Position numbers and translations under genes: made by a program. A stretch of 62,140 bases of DNA, counting the filler, from Choristocarpus tenellus KU-1152 (lineage: Eukaryota > Protista > Phaeophyceae), in assembly GCA_964200185.2 (NCBI GenBank). It is 10 parts of 10 records of this genome, joined end to end, with 100 filler letters (N's around TTAATTAATTAA, not from the genome) between each part and the next. Parts side by side here need not be neighbours in the genome. Positions count along the whole stretch, not along the records: positions 36,924 to 49,239 come from CAXNAD020001876.1; positions 49,340 to 52,257 come from CAXNAD020023665.1; 8 more parts are not named here. One strand, written 5' to 3'. The notes beneath the pieces were generated by a model, which was given only the letters and a program-made list of their open reading frames with translations, made no database searches and was not told the DNA's origin. Positions 37,038-50,429 of the stretch are shown one piece after another (the first letter of the stretch is position 1; every line of letters starts with the position of its first letter).

Positions 37038-37417
37038 ATGGTCAGTAGATGCAGGCTTAGGCTGTAGCAGGAAGGTAAGCGAGCTGGAGCTGAAAGGCTT
37101 GGGGGGTGGGACGTAATCATTGTAGGGGCTGGGGACACTGTGGGGGGAAAAAAAATGATGGAAGGGTAGGAGACGGAGGTGTGTGAGAGATCCCATCCCA
37201 TACTCTCAATACTCTCCTTGCATGCCATGAACTGTAAGGTTGCCAGGAGAGGCTGAGCAAAGATGCAGAGCACGCTTGAGAGCCATTGGTGGGTCAGAGG
37301 TAAAGGAACAGAGAAAAAAAGGAGAGGAGGATCAGGGGTGTCAAAACACATCGGAAGGATTTGACATCACCCTCCCTTAAGATATTCCAGCACACACACT
37401 GCACTCACCTCACTCAC

Positions 37418-40400
37418 ACACGTTCCTCTCTCCACCCTACTTTCAAAAGAGATGTCCCTGTAGTCCAGATCCTCCTCCTCATCTCCCTCAACAACTGATG
37501 TCGAAGCCAGTGCAACAGACAAAGCAGTCGCCACAGCCAATGAGGTCGTCGGACTTGACACCGCCTTCCCATTAACAACACTGTGTCAAAAAAGGGTACG
37601 GGAGCAGTGTCTTGTTAATGTTGCACAACACACAGCACAACAACACAACAGGGGGCTGAAATTCAGGTTTTTTCTTTGGGTTAAGATTTGTTGGCTTGAC
37701 CTTCAAAGCATCTTTGTGCGACCATGGGCTCAGTCAGTTGCGCAAGCATCACAAAACAGGCTTCGGGTAAATGCCGTAACTGTTAAAACCGCAGCAAGGA
37801 GATCCCCCCCACACAAGAACAAAAAAAAACACAATTCCCAAAAAAATTAACAACCAGAGATGTCCTGACCCCCCAGTTTAAAACACCTCAAGAGACTGAC
37901 TGACGTTGCCAGCAAGAACCTTACCTCTCAGTATGATTCTAATAGAGACATTCCACTCATGAACTAGTAATATCATATCTGCTCCAAAATCAAGGGTACA
38001 CAACAGCAAACGTGATGGAGCTGACTATCGCCTTCCCAAGTGCAGGAAACATTACAGTAGCGCCAACATTTTAAACAAATTGCACAGCATCTTAATACAC
38101 CAATTTTATGTCAACTTTTGATATTGTTCCTTTTCTTGAAGTCAATCAGTCATTAGGGTTAGGGTGTTAACATGATACAAAAAAACAAGGGACAAGGATT
38201 GACATACACTAGACTGGTGGGCAGGATTTGACGGAGAGATGACTATTCATAGGGTTAAGTCACTAGATACTGCCTACTCCGACACAATCATAGTGCAACT
38301 AAAATGACGTGCTCTGCCATAATAAAAAGTCCAGGAGAGGTACCTACTTACCATTGCTACAGACCTGAAATATCAAGAGGGGGTAGGGGCTACCAAATCA
38401 AAAATCAAATACTTAACCCCTTTACAGCATCTTTGGACAACCAAACCCCTTAGAAAGAACACGAACAGATGATCCATATTATTACATAATTTTGGTTGTC
38501 ATCCAGCATATCACTTGCACAGCCCACTCAGCACACAATCATGCATGACAAGAACACAACACCACATATTAGACACACAAACATGCACACTTCAGGGACA
38601 CATTTTCCATTTCAAAAGGTGCATAGACACAAGTCAAGTGAATTTTCACCAAAAAAAAAGAAGCACATGTACACACATACATACCTCTTCACCAGTTTAG
38701 GAAATGCTACACCATCCTTCAAACGATCTCCTAAGAATCCTCCCCTTCCAGCAGAGGACAGCATGATCCCATCAAAAGAATCACCAAGCACGTCATTGTC
38801 ACCAAAGCCGCTGTCCTCGTCCTCCACATCCCCTTCTTCATTATCATCCCCTTCTCTTTCCAGCCCAGCCCCCCCCAGTGAGCCACCCACTGCAATAGCA
38901 TTGACACTATCGACATCACGCCTCTGATGTTCCAAACCCCCGCTTTGAGGAAAGGTCCCCTCACTCGACCAAATACTTGGTGATACTGACCACCTCGAAG
39001 ACTACAATGAGGAAGACAGACGGTAGAGGATAAGTCGTGTTGAATGAAGGGGGTGAGATGGGGGAAAATTCGATCGAGTACAAGAAGGAAAGGAAAAAGA
39101 AATACTCTGAAACGGGTACCATTAGTAATACAGTTTTTTATTAGTATTTATATTCACAGCACTACTGAAGAAAGAAAAAAAACGGAGCCTTGCAGTTTAC
39201 CCATAATATATGAAAACAATAATACATACTCCTACATATATCATAGAGGTCAGATCAGTGTGTCACCACAGTTGGGGCATGTAAGTATGTATACTGGCAG
39301 TGAATGCGCGCGCAGTTCTTCTGTCCATAGCACAATCAATGCGCTCCAGAGCCCTTCCTACCTCATGCCACCAAAATAAAAATAGGTACACTGAAAACTT
39401 TAGGTTCTGCACATCCACGATGTAGTAGACGCCTTCTGCAGGCCAGTATCATACCTCAGATTATACGCACATCATAAAACAGGAAACACCTTTATCGACC
39501 TTCATTCAAGTACATACAATGCAGTCTATTCAGCTGTGTCTCTTACTGTTGGAGCTAGTCCCAAGTCCCCCCCCAGTGAGAAAGATGGCACCAGAGAGTC
39601 AACCTGCATCTGGTGGTGGTGCTCATCAACTCTCCTTCTTTGTGCCACATCAATGCACACATCAAGCCACATACCAATTAATTAAAAAACATTTACTTAT
39701 CGTGACATCCGTTCGTCCTCCTGTGAAGATGCGCTACACAAGCTTTATTAAAAGGAATTGCTGGAGACAACAAAGATCCCGAGAACTTGTACCCACAGCA
39801 GATACAAAATGATCTCAAACCAGTACACGCCTTCTTACAATTCATACAGAGTACAACAGGCAATGCTGGATACATTCACATTCCTTCAACCATCAACGGT
39901 ACAGTCTTCAAATATGTCAACAGTACCAGTAATAAAACACATTTTTCTGGTTCCACATCCTATTATCCTATCTCTGCGCACTTGACACTGCCCCCCCCCC
40001 CCCCCCCCCCCCCCCNNNNNNNNNNTTTTTTTTTTTTCCCCTCTCTCTCTCCCTCTCCTTCCCCCTTCACCCCCCCCCCCCCCCCCCCCCCCTCCCCCCA
40101 GCCATCCTCACCTCTGACCCTGTCAGCTTCGGAGGTTCCCCTGAAGTCTCCACGTTGTTCATCATTACATGATCATATGATGGAGCAGGATCTTCGCAGT
40201 CATCTCCATCTTTCACCCCACTGACAGAAAGTTATGTGGAGTACATGCCACCCCATGGTATTCAGAGTTGGAGGGAAGGGGGGCACATGGCCAGGAAAAG
40301 GGGGCAAGCTTGTTGACAGGTGAAAGACAGACTTATAGAATGTGATAGATTGGGAAATAAAACAACTGTGGTATCTTCAAGATCTGTCATACCCTCATAC

Positions 40401-40929
40401 CACCCAGATTTCGCATCATGGAGGCTGGGAGAAGGGGGCGGAGGAAGGGGGCCCTCCAGAGCATTTTCTTCTGTTCATGGTTCAAAAAGACTCATCCCCG
40501 AAACATGCAGACACAGCAATGTTACACCCATCATGATATCAAACTAAAGAAAAAAAATCCCCAACACCAGAACCTGATGCAACACAATCCATTTTGTATA
40601 ATAACCTTCCACACAGGTTTAACAGCAGCAGATAGAAATACACAACACCCAAATATTCTACCAATGTTGACATTACACTGGGGGGGCACTGGGATAGAAC
40701 GCACTCCAAAGTTGATGTGCAAGAGTACTACAGAATTGACAGATCCGGCACACAACTTTTAACTCTGTTTTCACTTGTAGTGTGATGCAAAAAGGTTGGG
40801 GGCTCGCCACAACAGTAGGACACAGTAAACGCGTTGACTGGCGGCACCTCTCTTAGAACATTCCTTCATTTTTCCTTGCTGCGTGTTCAATTAATACACC
40901 AATAATCAAACACATTTGAACCCTTCCTA

Positions 40930-40992
<63 letters not shown>

Positions 40993-43875
40993 CCCTCCCC
41001 TTTTAACAACTCCATTCCCCAACCTTCCCCTGACCTTGCCCACTCACATGGACAAACCAACTGCATTAACAGCAGAAGCACCCGTCAACTTCTTGCGACA
41101 AGAATCCCACCGAAGAGACTCCAACCCATCCATGTATACTGGGGGAGTGAAACTACGGTTCCCATCCAATTCTCTCCTGTCTTGCCCCCCTCCAGCCACC
41201 TCAACTGCCATGTTGGCCTTCATCCCCTCAAGATTCACCACCATCCCTTCATCTTCTCGAACCCCTTCTCCACCCCCACCACCACTGCCTCCAATGAGAT
41301 TAGAACTCCCCTTTTCTGCTATAGGAACTAACTCTGATGAACCTGAGATCGCAGCCACTTCCAGTGGTCTGTGGGCACCACTGCCCCCCTCCCTGCTGTC
41401 ATTCAAGGGAACATTATGTCTTGCTGCAATCATTGCTGTACTGCCCCCAAATATTTCACTACTGCCACTGCCCCTGCCCCACCCTGGAGACACCAGTGGA
41501 AGTGGAGCAGAAGCCCCAGTTCCATTTTCAACATCTTCCCATATTGACACAAAGGGCATCCGTGCCGAGGAACGAAGGGGTGAGTAAGAGCTACAAGTTG
41601 TAGACATGGTCATGAGGGATGAGGGGAGGTGGGGGGGATGGTGGGAGGCAGCATCTGGAGGTGTTTGGGCTTCATCGCTGGTGGCAGCAGACAAATCAGT
41701 CGATGAGCGTGCCAAAGGTAGACCAGGAACCTGCTCCAGTAGCGGTGGGGCAAGGAATAGAAGGGAAAAGGAGAGGGGTGGGAGAGGGTGAAGGCCTGCC
41801 AAATTGTCCTCCTTTTACTTTCTGCTGAGGTAAGGAAAGCATTGTCAGCAAGTTGCACACTAAAGACTTACACTATTTGGGAGATGCTCAGCTCGCACTG
41901 TGCAAAACAATTCAGCTTCTCCTACAATCGCGTGCATACATCATGCTTACCTCATGGATAGAAAAAAATAATTAGCACAGCACAAGTGGCACAGAGGTAG
42001 TACTGCTTACACACTGCAGCAGCAGCAATCAGAACAACAAAGCAACATGAGAAGCGAACAATTACCCATTACCTCAGTACCTCTCCCCTCCGCACCACAG
42101 TCCCCAACTCCACTCACTACACCTTCCTCTCAACACCCCAAACCCCAACCAGCACCTCAATTGCCCTCAAACTGACTCGCCTTCTTGTGATCATAGGGCG
42201 ACAACGAAGACACGGGGGGAGTAGAAAGAGCAGCAGGGCGATCATTATCATCACCGGCAGGTAAAGAACATGAACGGAGTCTTCCTGGTGCCTCTCGCCC
42301 AGTCCCAACCCTTGCCCCTTCTTCCTTTCCCCCTGCCTTCCATGCACGCAGGCTGTTCCTTCCCCATGCACCTCGTGGAAGACCACCAGGTCGTTTTCTT
42401 CCACCCAGTGGTGTTGTTACCGGCCCCCAGGGTGTATCCACAATTGTGACCTGAGATGTCTTGACATTGGGCAATTGTAACCCGCAAGCAGACAGAGGAC
42501 GCCCCTCACACTCCTCCCAGACCCCAGCACCTTCCTGAACCCCTGAGCAAGCTCCAAAACGCACCTTGCCTGAGGGTTCCACCAGCCCTGCACCATCCGT
42601 AACATGGGTGGCCTCATTCAAGCCATCTTCTTCGTCCTTAGCAGAACCAGCTGCTGCTATAGCATCTGCTGCCGCTGCCTCAGCCACCTCTGCTGCCACA
42701 ACTGCCTCCCCCATGGCATCTTGTGCTGCCTTGGATTGAAGTCGAGCCTCGACTGAACGCCTCAGGGTGGCACGAGCATCAGCCACAGATGCTGCCCGTT
42801 CCTCTGGGGTTTGCAGGGGAGGAGATGACCCTTGTTGGCCCTGTTGCTCCTTACAATGTTTCGGTGGATGTGGATCTGGTGGCAAGCGATGCTCTACCTC
42901 ACTCTGTAAATGCTGTGACTGTTCAGAATCCCCCCTGAGCTTCAAAAGCAGTAGGTTTTTCTGCTGCTCTGGCAACACTTTTTGTCGTACTGCCACTGCT
43001 CGGGGCAGATACTGCTCCCCCTGGCCACCCTCCTTCTTCTCCTCCTCCTGAACCAGGTGCAGGGGTTGGAGGTGTGATTGCAAACTTTCCCACCGTACCT
43101 CAGACTCCAGACCTACAACAGGTGTTGAATGCATTCGCTTCAAATCAGTATCTCCTCCCACTGCTATCCCTGTCACCCCAGGTCCATGGTCAAGCCCTTT
43201 TCCTGTAACAGGGATTGACCTGATGGGAGGCCTTGGGAAAGACCTGAGCCCTCCATCACCACATGAGCCCTGCCGGCATCCAATCCTGGCCTTGTCCTTG
43301 CCCCCAACGAATTCAGTTGCATTTCCTAAGTTAGACTTGGTAGTGGAGATAGGGTCAGAAGCAGGTGAGGGAGGGAGGTGGGCCTTCATAGATGAAGAGT
43401 GCCTTTCTAAAGCTGCATCGGCGCTCTTATATTCACTGGAGTGCACAGTACCGCCTTTTGTGACCCCCTCCTCACTCACCACTTGCATAGGTTCAACAGA
43501 GCCCACACCTATCCCTGTTCCTCCCCTGTTCATGTCTGTTTCTGGTTCTCTACAGGCAGCTGCAGCAGGCTTGGCCTTACATAAATGCTTTCGAGAGCTT
43601 CCCCACTGTGCAAGCTTGCCCCAGCCACTGCCACGACCCTTTAGCATACTACCAGAAAACCTCCTTGTCATCCCCTTCTCTCCAACCACTCCCCTGCCAT
43701 TTGTAGGTCCACTCACAGTGGTATTGTGTCCAGCTCCTAGAGCTCCTCCCTCTGCCTTTGAGGGAGAAAAACAGGTCTTAGATGTTGGCATTGTAGTTGC
43801 CTCACCATCTTCAGTCACCCACCTGGACATGCCATTTACTGGTTTCCCAACAGAGGATCCCATATTTGTTACCTT
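37418..43875 (-). CDS. Uncharacterised large low-complexity host protein, partial multi-exon gene
   Basis: Phase-consistent exons 43875-42181 (GC donor AAG|GCGAGT), 41730-41048, 40220-40112, 39001-38685, 37580-~37418, with polypyrimidine-YAG acceptors; no recognisable domain. Confidence 0.78.
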
Positions 43876-44149
43876 CTGCAAAGAACAAGGTGGAGCAGTG
43901 AGGGTGCATGTGTGTGTGTGTCAGCTATGAGATGCTCCCTTGCCATACCTCATGGTTCAGGCAAAGACCATAAAGGAAGTTTCTCCATAGTCACAAGTCT
44001 AAGTTTCCGTCATCATTATCCCTCCAGACCTCCCCTGTCCTTCATCACCTTTCTCATATCCCTTCTCTTCCATCAAAACCCCGCCAACACCCCAATCAGT
44101 GCACCCCTTAGTGTTCTCATGAAAGGTGCGCTGAGCAAAAGAAAACATC

Positions 44150-45600
44150 AGCTAAAATAAGAAGGGTGTTCGACAACAAGCAAACAATCTTCGAGTACAC
44201 ACAGGTACTCAAGAACATCAATCTGCCCATTTTGTGTCATACAGCGCAAGTAGGTGGTAAATCGCAGTGTGTTGGAATAACGAGGAGCCCTAGAGAAAGG
44301 CATACAAAATATTTCGTGATCTTTCTTTTTGTGTTCATAAGAAGCACCTTTGAGCATGCATGCCAACTGAAAGGTAGATTGTCAATGGAGATTTATGGTT
44401 GTGCTTTCCCTGGAATCAAAGGGTGGGATTTGTAGTCTATCCCTCCTGCTGTACACCGACAAAAGCAGGAAATCTGTTCATTTCAGCGAGATGTTGATAT
44501 CTGGTTATCATACAGCAGGGGAGGGGGTTCCCACGTATGATCAATGAAGCATGCATAGTTCCCGAAAGTTATTTCCTCGAAATCAAGAATCCGTTCCAGT
44601 CTAAAGAATATCGATCGTTCCTACAACTGTTGGCGAGTCGAAGGAGGGACTGATCACACTCAATGCCAAATCCTCCAGCCATCACACACCGGAGATCTTC
44701 ATATTAGCAGAGCGAGTCGCCTTTGGGGACTTCCTCACATGTGGGGCTATTCCTACCGCAATAACGGCCATTCCGTTTACATCTACTGAGCATCTCCAAT
44801 CAAGAGTTATCAATCGAGGATATAACCACAACCTTGCCGATTCCACTAGCCCACCAAAACATAGCTTGGCGGGTACATATCTGTGGTGGTCCAGATCACA
44901 AACTCTGAAGGACGTCGCCAACTGTGAGACTTGAGAATTGACTTGTTGGATGATTGTTTCAAGGTTGCTTCAGTCATCAACATACAACTCGACGCCAAGA
45001 CCACAACATTGTAAACATTCTTTGAATTATACCAAAGAAGAGGCGCGCATAAACCAGAATAGCGCAAATGCTGTGACCAATGCGAGATATGCCTCATCCT
45101 CACCATCTCACACCCAACGGTCTCTATCTCAACTACGCACAATACTGCCCGAGCAAAGTATATCTCTTGAAATTCGGGATGAGGGCTAGCACCACTCAAG
45201 TCAATCTCACACAGCCTGACCCTTATTATGCACGGCCAAGAAGATCAAATACTGTTTGTTTCTTCGCTTCTATCCATCAGAGACAGGTTTTCATCCACAG
45301 AACTACAACACAAAGAACATGAGTTCCAACGATTTTTTCATCCCAGGCACCAAAAACGATCTCATTTTACTGATCCATCGATCGTAGTAGTTCCCGTACC
45401 TGGTCCTCTCTACACAACAGAGGCGCTCTAGAGTCTTGCACGTGCCATTCTTGCGTTTGAGGTGGCAGTAAAGGTGTAATGAGTGGTAATCTCTTACGGT
45501 TTGAATCCATGACCCATGACCAAAGTTTGTCCCAAGAAAAATTCCGCAATATTGGTCAATATATTATAGGTTATAAATCAGCGGATCCATTTTCCAATTT
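44150..45600 (-). pseudogene. Unidentified decayed coding-like segment
   Basis: Chain of short minus-strand ORFs with globular-like composition separated by single stops; no motif recognised. Confidence 0.25.
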
Positions 45601-45689
45601 TCTCCAACACAGTAATGGACGTCTTGAAATTCAATAAATTCATAACCCTTTTTCCTCACCATGTAGCCGAGTAGCCCAGAAAATTCCCG

Positions 45690-45735
45690 ATTTTCCCATT
45701 TTCCCATTTTCCCATTTTCCCATTTTCCCTATTTT
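45690..45735. repeat. (TTTTCCCA)n tandem repeat
   Basis: About five units, direct observation. Confidence 0.9.
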
Positions 45736-45974
45736 GTCTCAGTTAGACATACTTGCAAATTGAGATAGCGGTATGATATTACATATCTTACCGTGAACAT
45801 TACACACTCTTTGTTAAATTTTCGACTCTTGATAAATATTTTTTACCCTCATTTACACGATAGGTCAGAGAAAAGTCAATACTACGTCACAAAAATTAAT
45901 GAAAAAATCACAATCATATCAATGTTCACACACCCATTAAAAAAATATATGGACTATTCTAACAAGACAACAAA

Positions 45975-46650
45975 GGTAGTTTTTCCCCTGACATAACTAC
46001 AAAATATCAACGTGTATAATATATAAATAATACAAGTAATACAAGTGGTTTCCCCCCTGACACATCTGCAAAATGTCACAGGGCATAATAATAAAATACA
46101 AGTGAAGGTAGTAGTAGAACATAGTAGTGAAATAGGAAAGAGATCAATATTTTTCACTTTTGTAACAGATGATACTTCTATAAAGATTTTTCAGATGTGT
46201 GAATAGTTTTCATTAGTTTTTGCTTTGCACATCTGGAAAATGCAAAGGTATCATAATATATGGAAAGATGTCCTGTTGTGGCGTGCCCAAAATTGAACCC
46301 AAAAAACAGAATTTATATATATACCCAAACCTCATGATCGTTGTTATACACGAACTAAAAATGGAAAAATTCTGTTCCAATCACAATAAATAGGAAGTTC
46401 GAATTCTTTTCACACAAGTTAATCATTTTTTGTGCTTTGCAAAGTTTTGGACACATACAAACTCTGAAAATCTAAGATCACAACAACTGAACAATCTATC
46501 CTACTTACATATTTCATTATTTTTTCTACTGACATATATTTCATTATCATGCCCTCTGACATTTTGCAGATGTGTCAGGGGGGAAGCCAATGAAAACTAT
46601 ATATATGTTGAGACATCTGCAAAATGTCAGAAGGCGTAATAATAAAAATA
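45975..46650. repeat. AT-rich array of R2 hairpin repeats in both orientations
   Basis: Copies near 45975, 46045, 46200, 46541 (inverted) and 46612. Confidence 0.8.
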
Positions 46651-47259
46651 TATATGCCGTTATTAGCCCTAAATAAATATAATATCCTAAACGTAAGAAC
46701 ACTATAAAACACTGTAAGCGTGGAAACCACTAATCAGTTACTTTATATATATCCTACATATCCTACCTACATAATATCATTCCACAAAAAAATGTGAGAA
46801 ATACCAAACGACGTGGCAAGGTTTCAAATCGAAATGAAGTAGACAGATATTTTAAAAGGTTTCATTATGATAGAGAGGAAGGTTCAGTGTAAGACTCAAG
46901 AGAGGAAGCAGAACGTCAAGTGTTGGGATTGGTAAACCCTGTATGCAATTGGAAATGGAGGAATGGAGGAAATAAAACTAGTTCTACTTGTAACACTTCA
47001 AATTTTGTTAGTGTATATAGTAAAATATAAATTCATAGTGTGTTGTATATTGGCTCACTAACGATGGGTTGGAATAGTCCACATGATGAAAAATAAGAAG
47101 ATAAATGGTGTTTAGAACAATCGTCAACAAGGTTAAAATTGACAAGATATAACACGAGTACAGTAGTAGAGGTCTACTATTCCTAGTCAATCCTTGACGA
47201 AGTAAGGTCCGTTTGATCATCTTGGAGGGTTGATCAGTAATTGACTTCGATTGATATGA

Positions 47260-48510
47260 ATGAAAACAATTCAAGAAGAAGCGTTGATATATTGGTTCTA
47301 CACAAACATCAGGATTCAATTCATTCATGACAATCGAAACGATAAACCACTCCCAAATCACCTAAAATGTAATGAATCATCGTCACGACAGTTCAACCAA
47401 CATGAGGAAGTACATATTATGTGTCTGATATGGATAGAGGGTGTACAGACTTGTTTGAGATTCAGTCAAGGATGTTCATTAAGGAATGGTTCGTTCTTAT
47501 CCCCAACCAACACCTGACACGGTCCTCTCCAAGGAACTTTTTTGTCTATATCAAGAGAGACCCAGAAAACAACCAGGTAAAGTGGAGGAGAGACGGCGAC
47601 AACATGCTGTGGGTATAACATTCAACCGACGCCTGTGAGGTGTCCCACAACATGCTGTTGGTAAGGAACCCTGAGGAGAAAGACGAAAGTGAGCGAATGG
47701 TGAACTGGTTGAACATTCGGACTGACCATGTTTGAGTTGAAGACAGAAGTCATGTGCCCTAGATCTCCGAACAAGGCTACTGATAAATATATATATAACA
47801 TATAGGCAGATGATATATAGTTCTGGTCTTTGGGACAGAGTCACAAGCAGATTTAAAAGTTTATTTGACTTGGAAGCACTATCAGTGATATGAAGGACGC
47901 TGATATCACTGTTGGGGTGAGCAAACAAGATCAAAAGGCCTGAGACAGTTTCCACAAGTACAGTCATCTAGCGCATAACAGAGTCATAGGAGGTGTGTCC
48001 ACTACATGTGTATAGATGGGAAGCTTCACTCTCATGATCACAAATCCCTTTTGCACTGTATGGGTTTTTGTAAAGAATGCGAAAACACGCTGTTCAGATT
48101 CTGTCCTACAAAGATACCCTTGTAAGAACTGGGTGTGACAGTGTCAAGCCAACTGTGCAAGAACGGAGGCTCCTCTTATAAGGGGCAGTTGCTGATATGG
48201 GGGATGAGCGACTACCAAAGGAAGGCATTGCTTAAATTATGGTGAACTTGATGCAAAGCGGAAGCAAATGGACAGAAGAACTGCAAATGTGTCTGGAAGC
48301 TTCCTCGATAATATTGGGATCAATGTTGAGAGATGGAGTACGAGGACAACAAAACAGCATAGGTTATACGAGTGAATATGTATTCACCATGGCAACAAAG
48401 AGGTTCACGGATGTTAACCATGAAGTGGCATGCCAGAGAAGCTGTGATAGCCAATGCCTGTTCGCCATGCTACTGACGCCCCAGGCTAGGGCAGCCAAAG
48501 CAGATTAGTT
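47260..48510 (+). pseudogene. Unidentified decayed coding-like segment
   Basis: Broken plus-strand ORFs including CMGFCKEC; no family recognised. Confidence 0.25.
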
Positions 48511-49068
48511 CACATGCGTAATAATCACTCCTTGCTGAATGTTGCTTTTTTCTCATTGTCTATTTCCTTTGGGTTGGTTATTTCCTTTCCTTGCATTCCT
48601 GTTTCCTTCATGTGATATAGTGTGCCATAAGTGGCGTTTGTATTGGATGAGCCGGGTGTGACGATGAATTGATTTTTCCCTTCGTTCCACTGGACCTAGC
48701 TATATATTGAACGACAGTTGTGACGCCCTTTCTCAACTGTTGGGTAGTATACACATGAGTCATGCCTGGGTTTCCTGACTTGCCTCCTTACTTACATCGA
48801 GTTTTATCTTTCTTCTTTTCTTCGTTTTTTATATTTATTCCTTTCGTCATCACCTTGACTGAAAACCATGGGTAGAGTATGTGCATGCAATCGCATAAAA
48901 GTGCGCAGTCTGCACGTCAAATGTCCAAAAGATTCCAAATAACGGAACTTTGTTACTGGCGATAACCGTAGAAATATGGTGATTTGACGTACACGTAATA
49001 AAATTATAATCATAATCATATTTGTCGCACACTATAGTTGGGGAATGATTCCAACCCATGATCCGAAA

Positions 49069-49239
49069 GAGTGAAACTATCTTAGAGGGTACGAATTTTC
49101 CCTTTTTGTCCATTTGTGGGGCTTGGCTTCCCATGTTTTTTTAATTACATTTTCCGACTCCAAAACGCTTCGGAGTAGGTAAAATATATACGTTATGAAA
49201 GGTGTGTCCGAAACATAGATATTGACACTTCCTAACAAA
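49069..49239 (-). mobile_element. MITE family A, truncated by linker
   Basis: GAGTGAAACTATCTTAGAGGGTACG plus body. Confidence 0.85.
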
Positions 49240-50167
49240 NNNNNNNNNNNNNNNNNNNNNNNNNNNNNNNNNNNNNNNNNNNNTTAATTAATTAANNNNN
49301 NNNNNNNNNNNNNNNNNNNNNNNNNNNNNNNNNNNNNNNCCCCACCCCCCAGATACTTTAACCCACTTCTAACCCATTGTAGCAAGATAACCAATGGCCC
49401 ACACCTGAGACATTTTAGATTAGAAGACATCAAGCCATTGAATTAAAATCAGGGTTCTGCACCCTCAAATTCTTGTCTTGGGGCTTCTGGGGCCCGGTCC
49501 CAGCCCAAAAACCTTCATCAACTCTGATCTGCTCAAGCCAGAAATGCAGGTTCAGATTTCTGAGACTAGACACATGGCATTTGTAAAGTACTGCACATTA
49601 GAGCACACAGTGTAGCAGTGTGAGTATGATAGAAACGGACTGGTGAACTTCTCCTTGGAGACACACATATTTGATTAGAGAATATAATCTTCATGCACAA
49701 CTACTTGAACACACTTTGTTTCCACGATCTTAAATAGTGTTCACTATGAACTGTGATCTCAGCATGCTGCTCTGTATCAGCATGACACTAACTCTGGGAA
49801 AGGGGTTGATAGTGAACATAACATACCAGAACAGTACATTTTCACGGCAGTTTTTACTTCAAAGTACAACATTTTTTCTTTTTCAAAGGCATGGAACGTA
49901 TGACACCCTGGACAATGCTGTCACCTCCAAGTTCTCTACAATACATGAATTATGTCGTCTATCTTCTTGTCCCCTTGCTGCATGATATTATTGGCAATGA
50001 ACAACGGTGAGCAATCTCTTTGGCAGCATTTTCTAGATGCCCAACTCAAATTTGAGCTCCAACACAAAGGAGTAATTGTAAGCTCTTTAAATTGTTATTG
50101 AGAGCATGCAGTATGGGGGAGGCAATTCGTTTTGAGGTTTTCTTAAGAGGAAAAACAGGTTCTAATT

Positions 50168-50429
50168 GAGTCAAAGTAAACAGGAGTACCCAGAGTTGCT
50201 TAAAGGATGCTGAAAAATATGGGCCAAATTCGACTTTTATTGCAAATATTGATAGGTAGGACATCTTCTGGATTCTCTCGAAAAAGTTTCAAACAATAGA
50301 GAAATAAACGCTCCTAAGACAAACTTGAAAACTTTTCCATAGAACTATGTGTGAATTGCAAAAAGATTGACAAATAGACTTGAAATTCAAAACGGCCAAA
50401 ACCTGGGTACCTCTCGTTTACTTTGACTC
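50168..50429. mobile_element. MITE family E (262 bp)
   Basis: TIR GAGTCAAAGTAAACAGGAGTACCCAG...CTGGGTACCTCTCGTTTACTTTGACTC; no clear TSD. Confidence 0.75.

Noticed and set aside
36872-41000. Poly-Pro/poly-Gly ORFs
   Set aside because: Translations of non-exonic or contig-end G/C homopolymers.
45690-45735. Telomeric array
   Set aside because: TTTTCCCA/TGGGAAAA does not match TTAGGG-type repeats.
45975-46650. CRISPR-like array (also 3740-3822 and 24380-24412)
   Set aside because: Irregular spacing, mixed orientation or no spacers, no cas genes, and a eukaryotic context.
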